A stretch of DNA of 64,000 nucleotides from the NCBI GenBank assembly GCA_963674965.2, contig CAXXFL010000007.1, positions 1-64,000 on the forward strand, in the 5' to 3' direction. Below are positions 30,373 to 40,123 of the stretch, in pieces. The notes under the pieces were generated by a model. The model was not told the origin of the DNA and did not search any database. It saw only the letters and a list, made by a program, of their open reading frames with translations. The position numbers were made by a program, and so were the translations under genes. The stretch is from a bacterium (GTDB lineage Bacteria > RBG-13-61-14 > DATKZS01). Each line of letters starts with the position of its first letter. The stretch's first letter is position 1.

Positions 30373-31290
30373 ATGGGATTGCTTGACGGCAAGGTTGTGG
30401 CCATAACCGGCGCTGGGGCCGGAATCGGCAGGGAGCACGCTATTCTGGCGGCCAAGGAAGGGGCCCGCGTGGTGGTAAACGACCTGGGCGGGACCAGGGA
30501 CGGGGCCGGCGCCAACGCCAAGGTGGCCGACCAGGTGGTGGAGGAAATCAAGGCGGCCGGCGGCGACGCCGTGGGCCATTACCAGGACATCTCCGAGCCC
30601 GACGGCGCGGCGGCCCTGATCAAGGCGGGCATCGACAAATGGGGACAGTTCGACGCCCTCATCAACAACGCCGGCATCCTTCGCGACCGCATGAGCTTCA
30701 ACATGAGCGACGACGAGTGGGACCTGGTTATCAAGGTCCACCTCCGCGGACACTTCATGTGCGCCCGCGCCGCCTGCCAGTACTTCAGGAAAGCGGGCAA
30801 GGAAGGCAAGCTCCCCAACGGCGGGGCCATCGTCAACACCTCGTCAACCTCCGGGCTTCTCGGGAACGCCGGACAGGCCAACTACGGCGCGGCCAAGCTC
30901 GGCATCGTGGGCATGGTCAACACCCTGGCCCTCGAGTACGCCAAGTATAACGTGCGCATCAACTCGATCGCCCCCATGGCCCTGACCAGGATGACCGAGG
31001 ACCTGCCCATGGCGGACCTGATGAAATCCATGACCCCCGCCCACATCTCCCCCCTCGTCATCTTCCTTTGCTCCGACGCGGCGGCCGGAATCAACGGCCA
31101 GGTCTTCGGCGTGTTCGGGAAGGTCGTCCAGGTGTGGCGCCTGCCCCGGCCGGTAAACTACTGGCAGTGCGATGGGGAAATCTGGGACCCCAATGACCTG
31201 GCCAAGCACGCCGAAGAGATGAAAGACATTATCGGCAAGGTCAACGCCCCCTACATGCCCGGAATGCCCGGACCCAAGTTCGAGGGATAA
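30373..31290 (+). CDS. SDR, hydroxyacyl-CoA dehydrogenase/MFE-2-like
   Basis: TGAGAGIG, VVVNDLG, NNAGILRD and GQANYGAAK motifs. Confidence 0.92.
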   Translation: MGLLDGKVVAITGAGAGIGREHAILAAKEGARVVVNDLGGTRDGAGANAKVADQVVEEIKAAGGDAVGHYQDISEPDGAAALIKAGIDKWGQFDALINNAGILRDRMSFNMSDDEWDLVIKVHLRGHFMCARAACQYFRKAGKEGKLPNGGAIVNTSSTSGLLGNAGQANYGAAKLGIVGMVNTLALEYAKYNVRINSIAPMALTRMTEDLPMADLMKSMTPAHISPLVIFLCSDAAAGINGQVFGVFGKVVQVWRLPRPVNYWQCDGEIWDPNDLAKHAEEMKDIIGKVNAPYMPGMPGPKFEG

Positions 31291-31613
31291 TCACGCCATT
31301 CTCATCCAAGCGGGGCGGCCCCAAAGCCGCTCCGCTTTTTCGCGCCTGGCCGCCAAATATCGGGCCTCGATAAAAATCCATATACTTCCCCTCCCCTCCT
31401 CATGACAACGGTTGTCTCGCTGGGTGGCCCATCTATAAGCAAGCCTGCGAGTCGCGCCGGGACCTTATCGCGGCGGGCATGATCGAGGACATGTGGGTCA
31501 ACGCCCTCTTGATGGACGCCTTTTTCCCGCGCGGAGTTCCCATGCTGCTCCGGCTCTACGACCCGAGACGCTTCCCTCAGGCGCTCATGCTGCCGCCCGT
31601 CCTGCTCGACGAG

Positions 31614-32050
31614 TACCACTTCTGGATGAGAAAAATGACGCCTATCAAGAGGAATTCCGGAAACCAGTATCCCCGCAGGAAAACCGAAAAATACCGCGGC
31701 GAACTGAGAAGAAAAATCTCGGCCTATCACCGCCGCATCCAGGTCGGACTGATAGTACAGGGACTGGTTCAGTGCATGGCGACGATCCACCCGAGCATGG
31801 CCTGGGCGGAATTCGAGTCCTGGATCAGGACCATCAGACCGGGAATACCTCCATCCGAACAAGTCACCGCGATCGCCATGAGAAACGCGCTCCCGGAATT
31901 TATTGCGGATTCGCCGATATCGCTTACCTTCGTGAAATTCCTGCGCCAAAGAATAGACACTTCAAGAGCGGAGGCATCACGTATGTTTGCCGTCAATGAA
32001 TGAGTTGACGAGGAAAGGGAGAAACGGTACTCTTAAGTTCTAAAGTTCAG
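31614..32050 (+). pseudogene. Probable DDE transposase C-terminal remnant with IS end
   Basis: YHFWM..AYHRRIQVGLIVQG..SWIRTIRPGIPPSE resembles transposase C-termini (from memory); ends at an IR-like CTAAAGTTCAG. Confidence 0.5.
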
Positions 32051-32066
32051 TGATCATTAACCTGCC

Positions 32067-32252
32067 GAGCCTCTTGCAAAATTCCCGCTTTGGAGTGCGG
32101 CGGCTCGACGCCGCTTTTCTTCCGCGCGGCTTGACGCGAGGCAAGCCGGCGTATTATAAGGCCTTGTCAAGCCAAGGCCATCGAAAGCGGTCTCAAGCGA
32201 CCGCGCTCCAAAGCGGTTATGCCGCAAAGAAAAGGACTTTTGCACGAAGCTC
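32067..32252 (+). mobile_element. 186-bp MITE-like element, copy 1
   Basis: TIRs GAGCCTCTTGCAAAA / TTTTGCACGAAGCTC, with 4-bp TGCC direct flanks. Confidence 0.8.
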
Positions 32253-32290
32253 TGCCGACAATAGTATTTATTGTCAATATCTTGCCCGGC

Positions 32291-33142
32291 TTAAAAGGCC
32301 GGTTTTTTCAAAAGCCCGCTTATCTCGGCGTAGGGCATTTCGATCTCGATGAAGCCGTCGGCATAGGACGCCACCTCGTAGGGGTTGTACACGAAGAGCA
32401 GGGAATCGGCGCGCACGGCAAAGCTGTCGGAAAGGTGGAACCTGTCGTTATCGAACCAGTAGCCCGCCTCGGCCAGGTCTTCCGCCGGGGCCAGCCCTCG
32501 CATCTGCCGGAACTTCCTCTCCCCGACGGCGGTAATGGCCGCCATTTTGTCCGGACCGGCCAATAGATCGTAAAGCGTAATCTGCCTCCCGTCGGCCAGG
32601 AAGAAATTCATATAGACGATCCTCGAGTTGGGATGGACCCCTCCCGAGTACTCGTAATAATTGAAGCTGAGGCAGACAATGCCGCCGGAGTTTCTTTCAA
32701 CCTTCACCGTGGTCTGGTTCTCCCAGGGCATATTCGAAAAGGGGTCCTCATTCCCAAACTTCCGATACTCGGAAATGAAAAGGTCCATGCCCTGATCGAT
32801 CGATCCCACCACGTTGTCTCCCCGTTGCATGCTGGTCCTGATCGCCGAGTCGACCGCGCCGTTCAGCGCCGCGACGGCCGCCGGGCTTCCCGCCGCGGTG
32901 AAGCGAGGATATACCACCCCGATCCGAGTGCAGTTGGGAGGGGCCGCCCCGCAGCTCGGATCGACCTTCTCCCTGTTCACGATCTCGAAGGCGGCCGACT
33001 CGGCCCCCGACCTCGCGGGGGGCGCCGCCTGGGCCGAGGGCAAAGGCGCGGGAGCGGGAGCGGGTCTTTTATTGTTGCCTCTTATGCAGCCGGCCGCCAA
33101 AGTGGCGGTCATTAAAATAACCAGTAACGTTCTTGTCGGCAT
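32291..33142 (-). CDS. DUF3298/DUF4163 (RsiV/PdaC-like) lipoprotein
   Basis: Lipobox LAAGC, YSGGVHP and YNPYEVASYADG motifs. Confidence 0.85.
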   Translation of the reverse strand: MPTRTLLVILMTATLAAGCIRGNNKRPAPAPAPLPSAQAAPPARSGAESAAFEIVNREKVDPSCGAAPPNCTRIGVVYPRFTAAGSPAAVAALNGAVDSAIRTSMQRGDNVVGSIDQGMDLFISEYRKFGNEDPFSNMPWENQTTVKVERNSGGIVCLSFNYYEYSGGVHPNSRIVYMNFFLADGRQITLYDLLAGPDKMAAITAVGERKFRQMRGLAPAEDLAEAGYWFDNDRFHLSDSFAVRADSLLFVYNPYEVASYADGFIEIEMPYAEISGLLKKPAF

Positions 33143-33168
33143 TTCCATGTCCTCCTGATAAAGCGCGG

Positions 33169-35871
33169 CTAGCGCTCGGGAGCCGCCGTCCGTTCGATCG
33201 GCATATCCGAGTCGGCCCTGGCCCGATACCGGGCGAGGGACGCCTTGTATTGAGACAATATCTTTTGGTCGTCCTTTTCCTTCAATAAGGCTATCGCCTG
33301 CTCCTGCCACTTTACGGCCTCGAGCCACTCGCCGTTCTCGCCGTGGGCCGCCGCCAGAGTATTGAGGTAAGCGTGGTCCTCATATTTGGTCAAGCCGCAG
33401 GCGGCCGAGGCGTACTCGACGGCCTTCTTGCCGTCCCTGCATCCAGGCCAGTCGCAGGCGGCCAGGTTCCAGGCCATCTCATTCAAGGCCTCGGGGTTGA
33501 GGGGATCGAGTTCCCGGGCCGTCTCATAATCCGCGACGGCCTCCTTGACCCTTCCCAGCCGCTGGTAGGCCGAGGCCCGGGCCAGGTAGGCCTTATCGTA
33601 GCCGGGGTCTATCTCGAGGGACTCGGAGTAATCCCTTATTGCCCCCTCCACGTCGCCCATATCGACGCGGAGGTTACCACGGATACGGAGCGAATACTTG
33701 CTTTCCCGGTCGGCCTTCACGGCCCGGTCATAGTCGGCCATGGCCTTTTCCCGATTACCGAGGGTCTCGTATATGCGCCCCCTGTTAACTATGATAGTGG
33801 CAAAATCCGGCTCGATCTCGATGGCCTTGTCATAATCCTCGAGCGCCTTCTCCAGCTCGCCCCTGTCGCGATGGACCAGGGCCCGGTTGTTGTAGGCGTA
33901 GTAGCCCTTGGGATCGAGCTCGATGGCGTGAGTGTAATCCTCGACCGCCTTGTCCAGCTCTCCCTTGGCCCGGTAGGCGTTGCCCCGGTTGTTGAAGGGG
34001 TAGGAAAAATCCGGGTCAACGGCGATGGCCCGGTCGTAATCGGCTATGGCCTCATCGAGCATGCCCTTGTTCCTATACGCGTTTCCACGGTAGTTGTAGG
34101 CCTGGGCGAACTCTGGATTCAGGGCGATGGCCCTTCCATAATCCTCGATGGCCTTGTCGTATTCCCGAAGCTTGGCGAAGAACTGGGCCCGCTCGTAATA
34201 GCCGCGGGCGTGCTCGGGATATTTCTCGATAAACTGGTTGAGTTTCCTTTCCGCCCTGATTTCGTCGCTTTTTCTCAGAAGCTCCGCGTCGGCCACCACG
34301 TAAAGAAGCTCGTTTTCCATGGACTTCTTTTTCTCGGCCCCCACCCGGTAATAGGAAACTCCCGCCACGGCCGTCACCGTAAGGGCCGCCAGAGCCAACG
34401 TAATCCAGTGCCAGTTGCGTCGGGCGAAGCGTCCGAGCAGGGCCGCGAAGTTATACTCGTAGGCGGAAACCAGTCCTCCCGACATGAAGCGGGACACGTC
34501 GGCCGCCACCTCGCCCGCGTTGGCGTACCTCTTGGCGGGATCCTTTTCGAGGCACTTCTCGGCGATGGCCGCCAGCTCGGGCGGGCATTTTTTTTCCTTC
34601 TCCTTGACGGGAACGACCGGGTCGGCGATGACCTTTCCCATCACCTCGTAGGCGGTGAAGCCCGAGAAGGGGGGACCGCCGGCAAGTATCTCGTAAAGGA
34701 TGGCGCCCAGACTCCAAACGTCGCTTCTTTCGTCGACTTCCTCGATCCGCCCTTCCGCCTGCTCGGGACTCATGTAGGCGGGAGTGCCCAGCGGCCGGCC
34801 CGATATAGTCTGCCCCGCCCCCGCTTTCCTTATAAGATCGAGTCCCTCCTCGATGGCCCCGGCCCTCTCGTCCTCGGTCCCCTTAACCTTGGCCAGGCCC
34901 CAATCGAGCACCACCGTCTCGCCGAACTCTCCCACCATAACGTTGGCCGGTTTCAAGTCCCGGTGAATGACGCCCTTGGCGTGGGCGTAGGCCATGGCCT
35001 GGCAAACGTCGAGGAAATGACTCATCACCTCGAGGCGTCCGGCTATGCCGGCGGCCTCGCTTTTTTGAGCGATGCGGTCGCGCAGGGTCTCGCCCCGAAC
35101 CAGCTTCATGCTGTAGTAAAGGGTCCCGTCCGTTCTTTTGGCGATCTCGTAAACGGGCACCACGCTCGGGTGCTCGAGTTGGCCCGTGATCCGGGCCTCG
35201 CGCAGAAAGCGGGCCGCCGCCTCGGCCGCGGCTCGGGAAGGAGTGTGGCCGCCGGTCGAGCCGCCGCCCCGCTCGGTAAGAAGCCGCTTGACCGCCACCT
35301 CCCGGCCTATGTGCTCGTCAAAGGCGAGCATGACCACGCCGATGCCGCCCTTGCCCTGCTCTCCCTTGATGGTGTAGCGGCCGGGGTGCTCGAGGGTCAC
35401 GCGCTCCGAGTCGTCCAGTCTCCGGCCCGCGCTGAAACGGGAGGCCTGATCGTCACCCTGGCCGCCAAAGGAAAGAAGGCCCGCCTCGCCCTCCCCTTCC
35501 GGCCCGGAGGATATCTTTTCATCCCCCGACTCGTCCGTCAGGGAGGCGTCTTCCACATTTTCGCCCGCCGTGTAGCCCGGCGGCATCTCGATCTCGATCC
35601 CGCCACCGAAGGACTCGAGGGTGGCCGAAACGTCAACCTCCTTGTCCTCCAGCTTGGCCTCGATGAGGCGCTCCAAGAGTTTCTTGTTCTCGCGTTTGAG
35701 GACACCCATCTCGACCAGAACGTCGCCCAGGTCCTTGCCCTCCTCGGAGACCCAAACGGAGGCGGCCCGGGCGAAGTCGAGGGGCTCGATAAACTGAAGC
35801 TGTACCGCCGTCACGCCGAAAAGAAGGTTACGGTCGCTTGGTCTCTCGCGCGTTTTCTTGTTCTCGTCCAT
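33169..35871 (-). CDS. Hanks-type Ser/Thr kinase with TM and C-terminal TPRs
   Basis: GKGGIG, VAVK, HRDLKPAN, DWG, GTPAYMSPEQ, one TM, then tandem TPRs. Confidence 0.93.
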   Translation of the reverse strand: MDENKKTRERPSDRNLLFGVTAVQLQFIEPLDFARAASVWVSEEGKDLGDVLVEMGVLKRENKKLLERLIEAKLEDKEVDVSATLESFGGGIEIEMPPGYTAGENVEDASLTDESGDEKISSGPEGEGEAGLLSFGGQGDDQASRFSAGRRLDDSERVTLEHPGRYTIKGEQGKGGIGVVMLAFDEHIGREVAVKRLLTERGGGSTGGHTPSRAAAEAAARFLREARITGQLEHPSVVPVYEIAKRTDGTLYYSMKLVRGETLRDRIAQKSEAAGIAGRLEVMSHFLDVCQAMAYAHAKGVIHRDLKPANVMVGEFGETVVLDWGLAKVKGTEDERAGAIEEGLDLIRKAGAGQTISGRPLGTPAYMSPEQAEGRIEEVDERSDVWSLGAILYEILAGGPPFSGFTAYEVMGKVIADPVVPVKEKEKKCPPELAAIAEKCLEKDPAKRYANAGEVAADVSRFMSGGLVSAYEYNFAALLGRFARRNWHWITLALAALTVTAVAGVSYYRVGAEKKKSMENELLYVVADAELLRKSDEIRAERKLNQFIEKYPEHARGYYERAQFFAKLREYDKAIEDYGRAIALNPEFAQAYNYRGNAYRNKGMLDEAIADYDRAIAVDPDFSYPFNNRGNAYRAKGELDKAVEDYTHAIELDPKGYYAYNNRALVHRDRGELEKALEDYDKAIEIEPDFATIIVNRGRIYETLGNREKAMADYDRAVKADRESKYSLRIRGNLRVDMGDVEGAIRDYSESLEIDPGYDKAYLARASAYQRLGRVKEAVADYETARELDPLNPEALNEMAWNLAACDWPGCRDGKKAVEYASAACGLTKYEDHAYLNTLAAAHGENGEWLEAVKWQEQAIALLKEKDDQKILSQYKASLARYRARADSDMPIERTAAPER

Positions 35872-35937
35872 GGTTCGAGACGTCCCGGATAAAGATTGTA
35901 ACACGGCCAGGGGGCGGCGGGTAGGGACGGGCCTGGA

Positions 35938-36291
35938 TCACCAAACCTTCTTAGGCGCCCTGAGAGCGGCGCTGGCGGCGATAAAAATTATTCCCGTGCC
36001 CGTGGGATGTCCTATCAGCTTCGGATGCAGGAATATGCCGGCCGCCGCGATGGTACCTATGCCCAATATAAAAAGAGCCAGGCTGAGAGGGTCGGCTATC
36101 AAATGGTGGACTTGCTTGCGAAAGCGGCTGATGGCGTACAGGCCGGCCAGGGCGGCCAATCCTCCAGCCGCGGCCAGGACGTGACGAAACCAAAGCGCGG
36201 GATCGAGTCCGATGCCCAGAACCAGCGCGTTGACTCCGGCCAGGCTCGCCAGGAGTCCCGCCAAGAAGACGATCCAGGGAGGGCGTTCCAT
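35938..36291 (-). CDS. Small multi-TM hypothetical protein
   Basis: About four hydrophobic segments; collinear with neighbours. Confidence 0.55.
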   Translation of the reverse strand: MERPPWIVFLAGLLASLAGVNALVLGIGLDPALWFRHVLAAAGGLAALAGLYAISRFRKQVHHLIADPLSLALFILGIGTIAAAGIFLHPKLIGHPTGTGIIFIAASAALRAPKKVW

Positions 36292-36367
36292 GCCAACCGA
36301 TTTTACCCGCGCCGGCGCCGGTTGGCAAAATCCTTTCGCGCGCAACTCTTTCGAAGCCGCGTCGGGA

Positions 36368-38056
36368 TTACCTTATCACCCGTATCAGCCTGGCCCCGCC
36401 CGGCGGGATATCGGCCAGGGTCTTGAACCTTTCCGGCCAAAGGGACATGGTCTTTTCCAGCCCCGGCTCCGAAATACCAGTGATTATATACCCGGCGCCG
36501 CCGTCCTCGATCCTTTTCCATTGCTCGTCGGGGCCGCCGTCCACGAGCATAACCGAAGGACGATCCGCATAGAAGGCGGTTAACATGGGCTTGCGGCTCA
36601 TGATTATCGAGCCCTCGGGCGTGAGCTTTCCGGCGACCTTGTTGATGATCACGTAATCGCGCAGGGCGGTCACGGTCTTTCGGTCGATCCCGCTGAAGCG
36701 TAGATCGTACTTGCCCCAGTCGATGACGGGCCTGTCCCAGTCCCCGTAGCCGTTGACGTAAACGACCTGGCCCCCTCCCGGCGGGTCAGGCATGTAGGTC
36801 AGGCGGTCCTTGACAAAGCCGTAAAGGCCATAAGCGTGAAAAACCAAAACAAGTATTAAAAGACCCGGCAAGACGAAACGGGATAAGGGCGCGGGTCCAC
36901 CCTCCTCTTGACTGGAAAATTTCTCGAGCGTCCATTTCGCCGCCGCGAAAAGATAGTACAGGGACATGGGCAGAAGAGGCAAAGTGAAGCGGATATCCGA
37001 AAAAGGCCAGAGCATGACAATTATTATGGAGACAAGATAAAACCCCTCCATTACGCGCCGTCCTCTCCCGTACTCGATCACGACGCCGAGGATTGCGGCC
37101 GCGAACAAAACCAGCCCGGCCGCCTGGCCGGCCCGGCCAGGGCCCAGCAAGAACCAGGCGGGCGCGAAGGCGTAAAGCCCGGCTTGCGAGGGCACGGTCA
37201 GGGCGTTGTTCTCGATCCTCCTCAGGAAGTCGCCCGCTCCGGCCGACGCGGCCGAGCTTCGATCGTCCTCATAAAATAGCTCGGACCCGTAAACCAGCGG
37301 CCGGCCTCCCACAACCTGGTTCCGCGTCAGCCATGCCCCCATCACCAGGACGAAGACCATCAGGACCAGGGCCCAGGCGGGAAAGGTTTTTGCTCCCACC
37401 TGGAGTCTCGTCCTGGCCTGGAACAGGCCGATCACGACCGAGACGCAAAGGGCCAGTCCGGCGGTCCTGGTCATCAGGGCGGCCGAAACCAGCACGGCGA
37501 GCGCAAGAAGGCGGGGACCGCTAAGGGAGTCGCCCTCCCCTTCCGCGGCGGCAAGGACCGCGAAAAAGCCAAGGGCCATGTATAGGGTCTCGGAGAGAAG
37601 GTGCCCGCTCTGAAGATATAAAAGGGGCATGGTGCCCGTAGCCAGGCCGAAGACCAGACCGACGGCCCTGGACCTTTGCCTTCCGGCCGCGACAAGACCA
37701 ATGGCCAGGGAGGCCAGGGCGCTGAACAGGGCGACTAACCCGTGCATAAGCGGAAAAGGATCGTCGCTCAGCCAGTGGCAGGGGGCAAGGACCGCGGGGA
37801 AAAGAAATGGATACTTGACGTGGGGAGGAGCGCCCGGCTCGTAGATGGTTTTATAACCCATTCCCTCGGCGATGCTTTTGGAGAGGAAATAGTAAACCGC
37901 GTTGTCGCCTCCCAGGTTCCCGCCCAACTCGGACGATACGTTGGTCAGGTGGAGGGAAAAGACAAACGCGAAGAGCGCGAGCCAGGCGAGCGGGCCGTAC
38001 CAGGCCAATATCTTGGACCCGGACTCGACCTCCTTTTTGCCTTCCGGCTTACCCAT
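36368..38056 (-). CDS. GT-C (ArnT/PMT-like) membrane glycosyltransferase
   Basis: GDNAVY, YPFLFP, LSETLY and TRTAG motifs; many TMs. Confidence 0.75.
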   Translation of the reverse strand: MGKPEGKKEVESGSKILAWYGPLAWLALFAFVFSLHLTNVSSELGGNLGGDNAVYYFLSKSIAEGMGYKTIYEPGAPPHVKYPFLFPAVLAPCHWLSDDPFPLMHGLVALFSALASLAIGLVAAGRQRSRAVGLVFGLATGTMPLLYLQSGHLLSETLYMALGFFAVLAAAEGEGDSLSGPRLLALAVLVSAALMTRTAGLALCVSVVIGLFQARTRLQVGAKTFPAWALVLMVFVLVMGAWLTRNQVVGGRPLVYGSELFYEDDRSSAASAGAGDFLRRIENNALTVPSQAGLYAFAPAWFLLGPGRAGQAAGLVLFAAAILGVVIEYGRGRRVMEGFYLVSIIIVMLWPFSDIRFTLPLLPMSLYYLFAAAKWTLEKFSSQEEGGPAPLSRFVLPGLLILVLVFHAYGLYGFVKDRLTYMPDPPGGGQVVYVNGYGDWDRPVIDWGKYDLRFSGIDRKTVTALRDYVIINKVAGKLTPEGSIIMSRKPMLTAFYADRPSVMLVDGGPDEQWKRIEDGGAGYIITGISEPGLEKTMSLWPERFKTLADIPPGGARLIRVIR

Positions 38057-38101
38057 CGATATCCATCCGCCTCATGTCTTTTCCCGCGGCGTCCAGGCCC
38101 C

Positions 38102-39007
38102 TTACCGGGCGCCTCCAAGCCGGGACGACCAGTCGAACCCCGGCGCGAAGCGCTCGATAAAGGACTTTGCCGTACCGGCTTTTAGCGACTCCTTTACGCT
38201 CTCCGATACGCCAAGGTCCTCGAGGTCCCGGTAGATTTCACTCAGGCCGCCCATGCCCGCCGGATGGTCGGAACCGAACATTACGCGCTCGTGATATTTT
38301 TCCAGGCCCTCCAACAACTCCTCGATCACTCGTTGACATCCGGGCGTGTTTTTCAGCCAGTCCTGGAAGGGAGGTCTTACGCAGGAAAGGACGTTGGTGG
38401 CGTCAAGATAAAGATAAGGGTATTCATCCAGCATACGGAAGGCCCAGGCCAAATCGGGAAAGGCCATGTGCACGAAGATCACGGGAAGGCGGGGAAACCT
38501 GCCGAGGAGGCCCTCCAGTTCCTTGGTCGGCATCTTCATGGCGTAAAACGCCTCGAAGCCGGTATGAAAGAATACGGGTTTTCCCTCTTCCTCGACGGCC
38601 TCGTAAAAGGGAAGCATCCGCTCGTCCCAGGGATCGAACTTCTGCACGAAGGGATGGAACTTGAAACCGAGAAAGCCCGAGTCCAAGTAGGCGCGGGCCA
38701 CCTTGGCCTTGTCCTGCGTGTCCTGGTGGAGACTGGCGAAGGGAATGGCGCCCGGCGTCTTTTTGCAAAAATCCAGGTTCCACTCGTTAAGGCCCTCGGT
38801 CTCCTCGACCTTAAGAGGATAGGCGAAGTTGAAGAAATGAGTCACGCCCTCCGCCTGAAGGTCCGAAAGGATATCCCGGGCCGACACGTCCACTGAAACG
38901 GGATGAGCCGGGAAACCTCTTTTGATCCATCGCATCAGTCCGCCCAGCCTGGCCTCAGGCAGGACGTGAACGTGGGAATCGATTCTAATTCCGTTTACTT
39001 CTTGCAT
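38102..39007 (-). CDS. Amidohydrolase_2-family protein
   Basis: DSHVH, KFHP, FHTG, VHMA and FGSDHP motifs. Confidence 0.87.
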   Translation of the reverse strand: MQEVNGIRIDSHVHVLPEARLGGLMRWIKRGFPAHPVSVDVSARDILSDLQAEGVTHFFNFAYPLKVEETEGLNEWNLDFCKKTPGAIPFASLHQDTQDKAKVARAYLDSGFLGFKFHPFVQKFDPWDERMLPFYEAVEEEGKPVFFHTGFEAFYAMKMPTKELEGLLGRFPRLPVIFVHMAFPDLAWAFRMLDEYPYLYLDATNVLSCVRPPFQDWLKNTPGCQRVIEELLEGLEKYHERVMFGSDHPAGMGGLSEIYRDLEDLGVSESVKESLKAGTAKSFIERFAPGFDWSSRLGGAR

Positions 39008-39036
39008 AATATTACTTCCCGCTTGCAAAATTCGAA

Positions 39037-39912
39037 CTAGCCGATAAGACGGAGAAAATTACCCCGAGTTATTTTTTCCCTATCCCTTCCCGAAAGGGCC
39101 AGGGCATCCAGGTTCTTGATCAGGGTCGAGTAATCGAAGGCGTCGTTATGGGTATGGAAATACGGCCCGTCGCTTCCGAAGAGGCACTTATCCGGTCCTA
39201 TCCTTCTCACCGCCATTTTTACCACCCTGGCGCTGACGTAATGGGTGCTTGCCAGGTCGACGTTTACGTTTTCCTTTTCCCTGGCCACCTCCCAGATATC
39301 TCTTTGGTAGGGTATTCCGGCGTGGGCGAACACGATCTTCAGGCGTGGAAAATCCTTTATCAGGCTCATGAAGTCGCCGTTCGCTCCCTCTCCGAGGTGG
39401 ATTATCATGGGCATGCCTTTTTCCGAGCAGAGGGCCGCCGCGTCGGCCAACATCGAGGTCGGATAATTATGCCAGAAGGGATGGACCTTGACCCCGATGA
39501 TCCCCTCCTTTTCCATGCACCTCTCGATCTCGGAAACCGGGTCGACCGGTCCCGCCGGGTTGACGAATATCCAGCCGAAAAACCTGTCCGGACGAGCGGC
39601 TACGGCCTCCAATACCTCGTCGTTGCGCGGCTGGACCTTAACCTCGTAGAGCTTGCCGCCCGCGTCCACTCTCCCGTCTTTTTTAACCCAGCTCGAGTAA
39701 AGCGCCCGCGCTCCCTTTTGCAGGTACTTGTTGCCGTCGGTAATGGCCCTCAAAAAAAGCGGGGCCCCGATCCTGGCCAGAGCGGTGTCCTCCAGCGGCG
39801 GGTTGAGGGAGGCCATCAGCGCGATCTTCTTGACGCCGAACCGGTCCATGCTCGCGACCAGAGCGTCAAGGCCAATAATCGATTCATGCAGATGAAAATG
39901 GCAATCGATCAT
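39037..39912 (-). CDS. Amidohydrolase_2-family protein
   Basis: DCHFH, KVHP, AHAG and FGSDGP motifs. Confidence 0.87.
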   Translation of the reverse strand: MIDCHFHLHESIIGLDALVASMDRFGVKKIALMASLNPPLEDTALARIGAPLFLRAITDGNKYLQKGARALYSSWVKKDGRVDAGGKLYEVKVQPRNDEVLEAVAARPDRFFGWIFVNPAGPVDPVSEIERCMEKEGIIGVKVHPFWHNYPTSMLADAAALCSEKGMPMIIHLGEGANGDFMSLIKDFPRLKIVFAHAGIPYQRDIWEVAREKENVNVDLASTHYVSARVVKMAVRRIGPDKCLFGSDGPYFHTHNDAFDYSTLIKNLDALALSGRDREKITRGNFLRLIG

Positions 39913-40123
39913 ACGTGGTTTCCTCCCTGCTCTCAAATGTTACCCCCGGGATGGGGTCATGACAAACCGCCGGCCGATAAAAATGAGCTATTACGGGCTC
40001 GGGACCGGCGTAAGGCCCTTTTTCGGATCGGTACTTCGCGCGAGGGGTCGGTCCCGGTTTGATTTATCCGTTCCGATTGATTATATTACAAAATTAGTTA
40101 AGTTCCTCATTTAACGTCTTATT

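Noticed and set aside
33343-35892. 849-aa ORF opposite the kinase
   Set aside because: Antisense shadow typical of high-GC coding DNA; its periodicity mirrors the TPRs.
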